In this document: positions 26,232-39,089 of the stretch, piece after piece
Position numbering within the stretch: position 1 is the stretch's first letter
Layout of the letters: each line of letters begins with the position of its first letter
Assembly: GCF_009914755.1 (NCBI RefSeq)
Contig: NC_060927.1
From: the human T2T-CHM13v2.0 reference genome, Homo sapiens
Strand: one strand, 5' to 3'
DNA: 64,000 bases
Notes under the pieces: model-generated
Told to the model about the DNA's origin: nothing
Seen by the model: only the letters and a program-made list of their open reading frames with translations
Database searches by the model: none
Position numbers and translations under genes: made by a program

Positions 26232-26353
26232 TTTTTTCTTCCACTTTTAAGTTCAGGGGTGCATGTACAGGTTTGTTACACAGGTAATGTGCCATGGTGG
26301 TTTACTACACAAACCCATCACCTAGGTATTAAGCCCAGCATGCATTAACTATA
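26232..26353 (-). mobile_element. L1PA-type extreme 3' fragment
   Basis: ttttaagttcaggggtgcatgtacaggtttgttacacaggtaa...cctaggtattaagcccagcatgcatta. Confidence 0.85.
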
Positions 26354-29300
26354 ATATTTTATTTTTGATTAACCATTTAATTCCCAATCATGAATTAACA
26401 TTCTCCATAGTTATAAATTATCTTATCTCTGTAGCCCTAGCTGTTAAAACCCATTTTATATGTTTTTGCTATTACTTTGGCATAAGCCAAATTTTATATA
26501 TTGGCTTTCAATTTGGAATTAACACATTTCATAAGGTATTTCTTAAGTTGACATTTAGTGTTTTTTACTTACTACTTTTTGTGAGCTACTTTGATTAGAA
26601 ATGCCATTGCTTTGAATTGTTTATAATCACCTTGTGATGCATCACTTTGTTTCCTATTTCTGGCTTTTTAAATTGTATTTTTTAAACTATTTTTGACCAG
26701 GGTTTTTCTTTGATAATACACAGTTAGACTGGGTTGTTTTGTTCCCTTCTTGGTATCCCAATAAAAAAAATTCATGCATGAAACAGTCTTTGAGGGGTTT
26801 GCACAGTAAACCAACTTTCATCTGTTTTTAAAAATGCTTTTCTGTTTATATATTTCTGGGTTTTTTTTCTGTTATAGTCCAGTCATCTGCTTTTTTGTAA
26901 AGTACATATATACTTTGACTTGACACTTTGACTTGAGTAGTGTTAGGTTTTTATCAAGAGCTTGAAACCAAAATTGTTTACAAAAGTTTTGCCTTGTATT
27001 CCCTTAGGTATCATTTATTTTCTTGAACCTTCGTGACAGTTATGTTTATTTCAATTTAGAAGGATAAAACATGATTCAGTTTTGGGATATATCTTGTTTC
27101 ATTTGCCTTTTAATAGCTGCTGTTTTTTCTGGCTGGTTGCTAATGAAGCTGATTGAAAGTGACCTTTTAGAGCAATGACCTTTTAGAGCAATAACTTTAA
27201 AATGTAATCTTCAAAACACGATTAATAGTTTTAGAGCCTCATTTCCTTATGTGCATAATATTGCTACATAGACATGATATGCAAGTTGTACAGTCTCAAT
27301 TAAGAGAAATATCCCAGGGAAAACCTAATTGTAAAGTGACAGTTCTATCTAAAAGCCAAAGGTAGGATCTAGGTGACTGGGCCTTTCTTAAAAAACAACA
27401 ACAACAAAAAGCTTCTTATTATGGAAAATTATACAAAAAATAGGACAGAATAATGAAATGGACCTCCATGTACTAGCTTCAGTTATCATCAGTTCCTGGT
27501 CAGTCTTATTCAATTTAGACCCCTACCTACATAATCCTTCTTGATATTATTTCATCTGTAAATAAATCAGTATATAGCTTTGAAAAATAAAAGACCTTTT
27601 TAGAAAGTAACCACAGTATCATTATTACACCAAAATTAATAATAATTCCCTAACATTCTGTCAAGTGAGCATTCAAATTTCTAATTGTATGTATTTTGCA
27701 GTTTTAATCAGGCTTTCCAAATATGATCCATTCATGTGATTGCTAGAAATAGCTTTTACTCTGTTTACCCCCACCCCATTTTCCCTTGCAATTTATTTCT
27801 TAAAGAAACTGCTTCATTTGTTCTAAATTTTTCCAGTTTAAATTCTGCCATTTGCATCCCACACACATGCCTCTGTATTTTCTGTAAATTGATAGTGAGA
27901 TCTAGAGCCTTGGTTAGATTGAGGTTTAATTTGAGGGCAAGATTACATCACACATAAGTGGTGCTATGTCTTTCCATCAGAAAGTACATGCCTACTTTTT
28001 TGTGTGTGATATTAGCTGCCATTTGGTGCTCGATGCCTAGATCTATTAACCCTGTTCTTTTACCATATCATATACCTAGATGTCTGAATAATTGTCATGC
28101 TGCTTCCTATCAACTTTATCTATCATAACCTCACATCTTCTTCTGGTTTTTATTTCTCTTCTCCAGATCAGTAAAAACTCCTTTAAGTGTACCTCCCAGT
28201 TCAAAATTAGTCTGTACTCCTATTATACATGTGCTACTACAGCAGTTTGCTAACATGCATTATAAAATATTCAAAAATGGAAATTTTAGCTATCTGATAA
28301 TATATTTAACATGTTAATTTTTTCTCACTAAAACTAAGACTTGGGGAAACAATATGATTGCATTTCATTTTAAAAGTTAACTTTTTTATTACTAAAACAT
28401 TTTTGGTAAAACTACATGATTAAATGTTCTTCATGCATTTTTTATTTTCAATTTTATACTTTCTGATTCAGTGATTGAAAGGTCTGATATCATGGTCAGT
28501 GCATGTTGATATTTGGTTTTTAGATGTGATAACTAAAATGCCACCTCTCAAAAACAAATAGATTCAAATGGAAGAAGTAGATTGTTTGGATGTTAACAGT
28601 TTTCATCCCAACCACTATTTTTAGAGTTTATCTTTATGTTCTAGATATTTGGTTGTTCAATGTCTTGCTAATCAATAACTTCTCCTTCACATTAGCTACT
28701 GTTTCAGCACATTATAGGTTTAGTGTGAGGTTTATTGTTAATGAGTAAATGTAAATATATTTTAACTGGTCTGCTGATGCATTTGATCTTTTTTTTTTTG
28801 GTTGACTTGTTATATCTGGTTAGATTGCCATGCAAATTTTACTTCATACTGTAGCTAACTGATAAAATTTGTGTATTAAGAGTAAGATATTTGTATTGCC
28901 AGTTATTAGTACCAGTATTATTAGTCTTATGTGGGGTTTTTTTGCCAATTATTTGCAGGAATGATACTATGAATAAACTCTTATTAGTATATAACATGTA
29001 GATTAGCACTGATATCTCCACAGAGTCCATGTGTCTTAGTTATTTACCTGTTACATGGGACACTCATACAATTCTTCCTTTACATTTTTGACTACTGGTT
29101 AAATCTAGATAAGTTATTAGTTCACTCAGCTGAGCTCTCATAAATCGTGTCACAAGATGTGAAGGAACAACCAAGTGAAGGGCTGTCTACTTAATTTTCT
29201 TCTGGAACTGTCCCATTTCACTCTCCCCGTAGATACAGTGGGTGCTCTGTGTGGCAGGAAAACACCTGATACTTGGACAAGGGGAGTAACCAGTGCCAAT

Positions 29301-30421
29301 CCATGTATTATATACTAGTAAACAGTTATTTTCATGAAATGTCTTTTTTAAAGATAAGTGGTAATATTTCTATACTTCCTGGATGACATATATTTCATGG
29401 ATTCTTTCACTCTACTTTGGGGGATTTTGCTATTACCACGTAAAATTCATCCCTGCATTCCTGGCACTTAGCACAAGGCCTGACACATACTAGGTGCTTG
29501 GGGTAATTTTTTGGATGAGGGGCTGAGGAGACTGACCTGATCCAAATAGAGCATCTTAATAAAAAAGTAGTGAGACATAAATGTTCATGTGGATATAAAA
29601 GCTAATAAGTCATATTGAGAAAATAAACATTAAAGGGGCTATTACAAATGAAGAATGGGATTATTTATGGGGGAAAATTGGTAATACAATAATATATAGT
29701 ATGGGAGCAAATCAAAGGTGGGAAGATAACTTTGTAGGCCAACACATAAACCTGTGATGTCATCACTAAAGTTTTGTCAAAGGGCCTGAAGAGAAAAAAA
29801 TAGGGCATGTCTCAGTTTTAGATGTGAATTAGGTGTACACATATGTTTCAATAGCTTTACTTTAAAAATTATTTGTTTTTGAATGATAAAAATACTTCAA
29901 TTTATTATTTATAATATTTTTGTACTTTTTTCCAAAAAGTAATGAAAGTCATTTCTTATATTCATTTTTTATTAGTTGATAACTAGTTGATTTTTAAACA
30001 TCTTCCCCATAAGACATGTGCATGCTATCTTTTAATTAGGTGTGTCAGTATACTCTTGTTGTGTTGGAGAATGCTCTTTTTCTATTTTTGGAGGTAAGTT
30101 TCCAGTGAATATGAGTTACCATTACTACTGTGATAACAGCAAGCTGGTCTTTTTTTAGAAATGCATGCACCACTCTTTTAGTGGTAATTATTTTATAAGT
30201 TTTGTCTTGTTTTCTGCCTCTTGTAAGCATATATTGCTCTTAATAGAACATCTCCTTAGGTCGATGGTAATGTTTCATGTCATTCACTCAGTAAACTACC
30301 TTAGTGTTTAAAAATGCCATGTTTATACATTTGGTCACTTAATTTTTTTCCTCTGTAGTGGTTTTATTGGGATATAGAGTCTATGAAGTATGTATATGTT
30401 TATTTGGGTTGGGAAAAGGGG

Positions 30422-30534
30422 GAAACAGTGTTGAGGCTAAATTCTCAATTTTCATCAAAATACTTGTCTATTTGGGCTGAGATATGTGCGAAACAGTGTT
30501 GGGGCTAAATTACCAATTTTCATCAAAATACTTG
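30422..30534. repeat. 45-bp direct repeat pair separated by 23 bp
   Basis: gaaacagtgttg(a/g)ggctaaatt(ct/ac)caattttcatcaaaatacttg at 30422-30466 and 30490-30534. Confidence 0.9.
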
Positions 30535-33329
30535 AATGCAAAAGATTCGAGCTCCTCCTTTGCTTTCATACTGGTTTTCATCAACTGTTAATACCCTTAA
30601 ATTATTAACACCTTAAGTACTTACCTTTTTTCTCAATTAGAATCAGAAAAGAAAACATGAAATATATCCCATATGCTTATTTAGCATAATCATTTGACCT
30701 ACATAAAGTAGATTATCTAGTGGGGAAATAGATTCATAGCTAGTTTTTCCTCCATTTGCTCATTTCAGCAGCTACCAGCCTATTCTAATACTACAAAGAG
30801 GTATGGGAGAAAGAGGATACATATGATAAAGAATGACTGGAACCAGGTGAAATGAAGATGTCCAAATTAAGATAGAAGGAAGTGTTGTGATATAGTCAAC
30901 TCTCATAGAATCCTAGAGCTAGAAATTATAAGACTAGTGTGACAAAATTGGATAGATTGTAATTAAAATGTTTAAGAATATATATTTAGACAAGCATTAC
31001 TTCAAGATATTAAAAATAGTGTCTATTTAAAGTTGGAAATTAAGAGATTAAAAGTCTACATTATGTGGTTTTATTACAGAGCACTACCAAACCTCAGATT
31101 ATTGTTGAAGTTAAAGGCTTTCTTAGAGGAAATGTATAGTTTGATAAAAAATTTATAATGATCTCTAGATTGAGAATCTTAATTTAGCCCCACTCAAAGA
31201 GTAACATGAACTTTTCAAAAGTATTTTTGAAAAAAAACCTTTACGGTATTAACATTGTCATCAAAATAAGAACAAAAATTTAAATTCTGTACAGTTGGGC
31301 AAACATGATAGGTCTTCTTTAGCAAAAGAAAAATTTCCAAGAGAGGAAGACCTTTAGAATAATTGGTGTGGAGTAAATAACGTACTTGACAATTAGTATT
31401 TTTTATTTGTGCCACTGACTAGAGATGTATGACCTTGGTCAAATTGCATAACCTTAATAGTTTCAACTGGCCTACTATTAAGGATTGAGTAGGACCATCT
31501 ACTTTATGGCTGTGTTCAGTGGTCAAAGTTATAATCTATATGGTGGGGAAAAGGATAATATAGATTATCCGTAAGTCATCCCAAATCTCTCTCACATTTA
31601 CAAGTGCAGAATGATATTTGGCTGTACTGGGTTTCAATATTTTTTTTAATCTAGTACATATTCAAATGGAGATAGATTAGAAAATTGAGCAACAATAGAT
31701 AAACCAGGCTGGTATTAGAAAATGAAGGTCACCATGAATGACAGAGTTATAATGTTTCAGAATCTATTCATTGGAAACGTTATTGAAATGAGTGACTTGG
31801 ACTTACTGGTTGTAAGATTTTTATTTCAAAATGAGCTAAACAAAATGAGCCATTAATAAACTTAGGATTGTTAGTATTCTAAAGACATTTTTATAATTTG
31901 AAAGAAAGTAAAACATTCTTTTTGGCAATCTAAACTATGTTACCCACATTTAAACAAAAACAATTGGAAAATACTTATAAATATGTATTTATATGGGAAT
32001 ACTATCATGGTAAGTAGATGAAACATATTTCAAAACCAATAGTGCTAGTTCTGTAACTTTGCCGTGTCTGGGTCCCAACAATTATTGCAGTTATTTAAGA
32101 GTATATGTGAAGATTATGTCAATTTAAGTAAAACTGAGACCTCTTCATTAGTCGGCGTTATATATGTTAACAAAAACATTCTTCTCTTCCAACAAGGGGT
32201 AATAGTGGAGGCTTCTACCCTGCTCCAACCTAACTTTATTTCTCTCTGTGTTCTCTACTATTCATTGATTGAATGGTCTTGGCAGATTATTTAACTTCAG
32301 AGCTGCAATATCTTTATTTATAGAATATTATCTCAGTATCTTTTTTTATTGGTAAGAAAGACAAAAACAAAATCAGATGTGTGAAGGAACTTTGTAATTC
32401 ACAAATTCCACAAAATGTAGTTACTGGATTTAATATAGCGAAATTGTCAAAGTAATACTTACACGTAAAGATTGTTTTGTTACATTCCTTAATACTTAAC
32501 ATTTGAAAATATGTAGTACTTGTAATAGTTTTAGTACATTCCCTTATTTGGGAGTTCATAAAATTGTAATTCAATTTTTTGGAAAAATGTGAAATGCTAA
32601 CAGCCAAATATGTTTTTTAAATCCTTTCTTAAAAAATTGTGGTGCAGTGTGGGAAAGAGAAGTTGGTATTCAGAAATGACATATGTCTATGGCCAGGAGA
32701 TAGGAAGAATTTCTATTTAAATGTTGTAGTAGAGAAGCTATTTTTAGTGCACTTTGTATTAAATGTGCATGAATTAAGGGAAATTTTGTGCAAGTCCTGT
32801 TTTAATATTAATATTTAAAAATATTTTTCAAATTTTACAGTGTCCAATGTCAATTTTTTTTGATCTGGGATATTTTCTGTTTTGCACTTGAAGTTTTTCA
32901 ATTTTGTTAATAAATTTTTTTATTTTAATAGAATAAAAGTGCTAAATGTCTGTATTACTGGTCGTTTATATTAGAGAATATTGATTTTTAAAATTACCTT
33001 TTAGAGTACAAACTTAAAATTACTTTCATCTTTTTCTCTCTCTTCTTCTCCAGGTACTCTTTACATATCGAGAATATATTCTCTTGGTGATGTTTGGGGA
33101 TATTTACATAATTTTTAAAAAGTTAAGCTGAGGTATTAAAGTAATATAAGAAAGAAGGAAGGGTTTTAGCATAATGCCACTAAACCTAATGAATGAAATT
33201 TGGGGTCCTCTAACCTGGCTCTTGGATAACATACTTCAGTCAAATAGTTTGCACATTGTAGAAAAGGTATGCAATTTCAAGAATTATTTTTAAGATTATT
33301 TGAAAAGCCTAATTTTTGTTACTTTACAG

Positions 33330-33468
33330 ATGTTCCATTTAAGCAGACCTCTTCCATAGCTGTAGCTGGAGCGGTAATTGGAGCTGTTCTTGCCCTTTTC
33401 ATCATTGCTATCTTTGTGACTGTGCTGCTGACTCCTCGAAAAAAAAGACCATCCTATCTTGACAAAGT
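33330..33468 (+). CDS. NECTIN3: Nectin-3 beta/gamma alternative exon (short stalk, second transmembrane helix, basic stop-transfer), 139 nt
   Basis: tttttgttactttacag| at 33329. G|AT GTT CCA = DVPFKQTSSIAVAGAVIGAVLALFIIAIFVTVLLTPRKKRPSYLDK(V). Donor |gtaggt at 33469 keeps frame with the 35834 exon. Confidence 0.93.
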
Positions 33469-34583
33469 GTAGGTAACTTTTTTGCCTTTGTTCAACTATG
33501 AATATCAGTATGTGTCCAATCTTTATGTTTACCTTTACAGCTCCTCATAAAGAACTTAAGGGATAGAAGTAAGGATAATGTTAGGCCTTTGTTAGATGAC
33601 CGTGGTTTCATCAGAATATCTCAAACTATATCTTGCTAAATGAACATTTTCAAGGGGCTGCTAGAGGTATAGAACAGCTTTACATTTTTCACCTAGAGCA
33701 TATTAGACATCTTTATAAAGGGTAACATAGTAATACTTTATATTGTCCTGCCTTCTGAATAGAAATGTAAGCCTTTCATGAAGTGGTAACCGAAGGACAT
33801 ATAAAAATATCTTTGAAGTTTTAATGGCTTCTTCATATTGTATATGCATGTCTTATGTATAGATATAACTGAACTATCAAGTTATTAAATACATTGAGTT
33901 TTAAAAATTTTTTCTTAAGAAAAATACTCTTTTTGGTGACTTATAAAATATACATCTTCTTATTTAAAGAATAAGCAATATTTTTGACCTAGTCATTGAG
34001 ATAGAGTTGTAAGGCAGAAATTGCACCTTGCTGTAGAATCAGATGACCAGTGTCTCAGTTCTCTTAATTCTATCAACAGCTTTGTTGCTTCATCTGAGAA
34101 ATATGAATAATGCTCTTCCTACTTACCTCACATGGTTGAGATGATAGTAGAATAAGATAATATTTTATAAACTGTGAAGCTCTTTACAAACGGCATTATT
34201 TCTTATGTGGTTTATTAATGTTTTTATGTTGGGACATAAGGTTGACTTTCAAAGAATATAGTTCTGTCTTCATAAATGCTTTGTATATGTCTTTGCTTCT
34301 CTAATTTGGCACAATTATAGCACTAGTCTTTGCATCAAAGACATTTGTGTGTCAGTTACAGCTCTGTCATGATCAAATTAGTACTATGACCATGAACAAG
34401 TACTTTATCTCAATGAGCCTCATTTTTTTCACCTAAATGGCCTATGGCACCTTGGAGCTAGAAATTTGCTGTGATTTTCGTTGGATTAGAAAAAACAATT
34501 ATTTTAAATAAAAGATGATAAAATGCTCTTTCAGTATAATACTTGTGGGACTGGAGTGCTTCAGTCTTTCAAGAGTGACTAGC

Positions 34584-34905
<322 letters not shown>

Positions 34906-35833
34906 TTAATTCCCAGATTATCTTGGTTTTTCTATAATTTCAAAAACAATTTACTGGTAGGTTAACAAATTAATGTAACCATTTTATTTATCACTTAAGT
35001 TTTAATCATTTAAAATACTAGTTTATGCTCATTGAGACATTATTAGACCACAGAGAATTTATTACTTCAGGATCTATAGCTTTCATTCCCTTTATCCTTT
35101 AATACAGATAACTTTTTGATTTTCTAAGCACAAGTACTGAAAATGTTATCTGTGATCTTCAAAAGCATGAGACTATATTTATAAAATTTTGTAAAATGCA
35201 GAGAGCTATAAGGTATATTAAAACTATCTTTGTTATAAGTAAACTATATTTAAAATATATGAAAATGTTGATTTTCTGATAGCTCATGTAACTTTGGAAA
35301 AAATAAATGTGTTCCCTAAAAATGTAATGGTTATTTTGTTTATTTCAGATGGCAAGATTTATAATGGTCTGTACGTTGAAAATATAATTGGTGAATATTG
35401 TAATAGTGACTAGAGCTTTTGAAAATCAATTTTGGAAGTATTTCTAAAATACAGTGTAAACATTTCTCATGACACTTTGGAGGAAAGTGTATTGAGACTC
35501 TAAAATGTTGATAGACATAGTCAAATATTAAAACATGCACTAAAGTAAAGTCATATACTGGATTACTTAATTTCAATTCTTCTATTTTAATTCCTTCTTT
35601 AAATGTGATTGGTTCTCCATATGGCAACCTTTAACACCAATGTTTACTTTTATTTTTGATCTTTGATAGATTAATGGCAATGTAAGAACTGAATTAAGCA
35701 GGTAGGCTAGAGTAAATATTATCTATATAATATGAGGAAAATATTCTCAAAACTTATGAGAACCTTGATTTTCTTTTGCTTTTTTTTTTTTTCCTAAATG
35801 TGACAATCACATATTTTAACCTTTGCAATGCAG

Positions 35834-35915
35834 GATTGACCTTCCACCCACACATAAACCACCTCCTCTGTATGAAGAACGATCCCCACCTTTGCCTCAG
35901 AAAGACCTATTTCAG
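35834..35915 (+). CDS. NECTIN3: Nectin-3 beta/gamma proline-rich cytoplasmic exon, 82 nt; absent from the ORF track
   Basis: gcaatgcag| at 35833. GT|G ATT GAC = (V)IDLPPTHKPPPLYEERSPPLPQKDLFQ; donor CAG|gtatgt at 35916. The beta terminal exon is not seen in the window. Confidence 0.9.
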
Positions 35916-35939
35916 GTATGTGTTCATGAGTACACTTAA
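35916..35939 (+). CDS. NECTIN3: Gamma-type read-through C-terminus VCVHEYT* (donor not used)
   Basis: GTA TGT GTT CAT GAG TAC ACT TAA in frame. Consistent with the described nectin-3 gamma form that lacks the afadin motif. Confidence 0.65.
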   Translation, partial: VCVHEYT

Positions 35940-35993
35940 GATAATGTAAGATACAATTTAAAAAATACTAAGCCATTTGTATTATTTCTTTCA

Positions 35994-36071
35994 AAATGTT
36001 GTTTAGTCATTATGCATTAAATGTTGTTTAGTCATTATGCATTAAATGTTGTTTAGTCATTATGCATTAAA
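35994..36071. repeat. Perfect 25-bp x3 tandem repeat
   Basis: Unit aaatgttgtttagtcattatgcatt at 35994, 36019 and 36044, then aaa. Confidence 0.97.
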
Positions 36072-37889
36072 GATTACATAGCAATACCTAAGTTTTAACA
36101 TGCTCAGTCATTTCTCTGAAACATTTAAGAGATCAAATTTTGTCAACAAACAAGAAGTTATGGCCAGTATAGATAAGACAAATCAACATTATATTAGGCT
36201 TTTTACTAAATACTTGTTGAAGACTTACTGTTAATACAGTTTTATTGACATACAGATTTATTGTAAAATAAAAAGTAGAAAATGAATATCTGTTGAGTAG
36301 CATGAAGGGCTTCTTTTCCTTGGAGTGTACTATATTTTATTCTATTTTGGAATCAGTTCACGTTAATTCATGTGAAAGTATTGATTCAGTGCTTCTATCT
36401 TGTATTCTATACCTGGATTAATGTGCTGTATTTGGTATTTGGGAAAGTTGTAAACTATCAGAATATTTGAATTCTTTGATTCTCAAGTTTAGTGGTTGTG
36501 TTTGTATGTTTGTTTTGTCTTTTTCTCTATCACCCATACAACATGTTGGATCTCTAAGCTGTACTGGGGTTGTATAACCTCTGGGGGCATAGTCTATAAT
36601 ACTTTCCTCCTAAAATATGTCCTGTATCTTCAGCCTGAATAAGGCAAATCATTAGCCCATCAATTCATTGATTTAATTTGGTGGAAAAATTCTAAAGGAA
36701 TGTTTCTGCCAAGATGTTCTCAGCTTTTGTTCTTCAGCTGACCATATAGTCAGTTTACTGTCCAAGAATGGGGCAGGAAGGAGCATTCCCTGGCACATGG
36801 GCCCACTGTCAGTGGGCACTAGCTTTGTCATCTTACACAGTTAGGTGTCCTGATGGTGAAGATGTGCCATGTTTTCAGACCTTTTGTTCTCACATAAAGA
36901 GTGTAGTCTCATCTCTTGGCAAATAAATGAAATTGACAAGTGGTGTGAAATGTCATAAAATTCTTAGCTGGAGCTGTTGTTGTATTTTGTTTTGTTTTGG
37001 TTTTGGTCTGGATTTGTTTTTTTTGCCTGTTAGATAACTGAAAAAGTAGCTCATTAAAATGTTTTGTAGATTCCTGGATGAAGTTGATCTGCTTTTCATG
37101 ATCGATTGGTTATAGGTATTAATAGTTCTGTAAATTATCTTTTTGTATCATTTTTCAGATTTTTGGTTTCTTTTTGAACTTTGCTTCTTAGTTTTTTAGG
37201 AACTCTTTGATGTGGATAGTAATCTTTTGTATTATATTCATCTCTTATTTTTTAACCTTATAGTATCATATAGAAAATTGTACGTTTTTATGTAGTAAAA
37301 ATCTGTTTGTCTCTTTGCTTGTATTTGTTGGAAGTTCTGTATTGTCTGAAATGGCTTCCTTACATTTCCTTCTCTCTCCTTGAACTAGAATGTAGAAAAA
37401 AGTCTTAGAAAACTAATAGTTTTATGGTTTATATTTCATTTTAATCTGAAACTTTATTAAACTTGATAAAGAGGTAGAGACCCATTTTTCCCAATGGGAT
37501 AACCAGTTGTCCAAATACTTCTGAATTACCTATACTTTTGCATGGTTTGAGAGCACTTTTATCCTAAAATAAATTCTCATACATATTAGGTCTGTTTCTG
37601 AACTCTTAATTCTGTTGTATTGCTATGTCTTTCTCTTCCTAAACCAAGATACTGCTGTTTCAATTACTATTGCTTTATAATATGATTTGATATTCAGTAA
37701 ATTCCCTTATCTCTGTTCTTCTTTCAAAATTTTTCTTGACTTTTCTTTTCTCTGTCTACTTCAGAATTACCTTCCCAGATTCCATAAAAATTCTATTGAA
37801 CTCCTGAATTAATTTAGTAAGAATTGACAACTTTACAATAATGTCATTTCTTCCCATCTAGAAACCAGATAAGCCTCTATTCTGGTAGG

Positions 37890-37890
<1 letters not shown>

Positions 37891-37943
<53 letters not shown>
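37891..37943 (+). repeat. (TG)26 microsatellite within an old antisense L1-like region
   Basis: Directly visible. Confidence 0.95.
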
Positions 37944-37946
<3 letters not shown>

Positions 37947-39089
37947 ATCTCTTTTCTGGTACGTATTTTCCACATTCCTGTTAGGTTTACTTTAGGCATT
38001 TTGATAGTCACTGGGATTTCTCTCCACCCTCCTCCCATGGACTTTTTAAATTGGCTATTAGCATATAGAAATGCCTGTTTAAAAATATGAATCTTATATG
38101 CAGCCTCTTTTATCAAATTTTTTATTCATTCTAATGCTTTCTCATTTTATTTTTTTTTTTACATTTCTTAGGAATATAATCTATTTGCTGCAAATGACAG
38201 TTCTCCTTTTTATCCCTTGCATATTGTGATTTTTCAGGGGAATACATGTGAGGGGCTTCCTTATGTCATTCAGTTTTAAATCTGATATGAAATAATTGAA
38301 GACTAGTATAGAATTTCCTTGCATTAAAATTTTTGAAAACACTGCATTCTATGAATAATGCTATTTTTTAGCCTTGATTTGGAAGAATTAAAAACATTGT
38401 GAAAACTATTTTCCAAACCAATTAAAATGATCTAGGGAACTTTTTTAGGAAAACATATATAGTATTTTGAATATAGTTGGATTTCCGATATGGAAAAATC
38501 TGAAAGAAAATGTAAGTCTTTTAGAATATTCTGTGTTTCAGCTAAAATAGTATTTAATCTTAGAAATCATGATCAGGAGATTCCGTGAAATGGATATTTA
38601 TTTGACTCTACTGAGAATGATAATAGTAATTTCAGTCTAGCAGCAATATTATGGGGAATGAGGCTTTTGAAGTTATTTTTACAGTGCTGACATATCATGT
38701 TAATAAAAGCTTTTCAATCGCTTGAACTATCAAGAGATTTTCTCTCCTGATACCTATTTTCACAGTAGTTATCTGTCAGATGATTTTTGGTAAATTTTTA
38801 ATTTTTAACAATCCTAAAACCGTTTTATGAACAGTATTTCATGTATAAGAACACATGTCAGTTTTCATGACTTAAGACATTTGGTTTATATATACACAAA
38901 TATGTATATTTGTGTATGTGTGTGTAATTTTTCTATGTGATGAAATGTAATATATGCATAAAGTACTTGTATGAATGACACAGAATATAAAAAGCTTATT
39001 GGTGTGTTTTTAGGTTCCACATAGCAGCTAACCTTAAGAAACTACCACTTGTAACATTTTAGTTTAGTATTGCAGAAGTATTTTTCTAA

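Noticed and set aside
27160-27192. 16-bp perfect tandem duplication tgaccttttagagcaa (similar small ones at ~5264, 7782, 17731 and ~26912)
   Set aside because: Ordinary slippage micro-duplications with no functional context.
29215-29320. Acceptor-like cactctccccgtag| followed by a 28-codon frame
   Set aside because: No nectin-like or TM sequence and no clear donor; indistinguishable from a pseudo-exon.
30422-30534. CRISPR-like repeat-spacer-repeat appearance
   Set aside because: Only two imperfect copies, in a human intron, with no cas genes; a local duplication.
36801-36817. Short palindromes gcccactg-t-cagtgggc, also 2875-2900 and 38892-38917
   Set aside because: Arms of 8-12 bp are expected by chance or low complexity in 64 kb; too short for a pre-miRNA or MITE.
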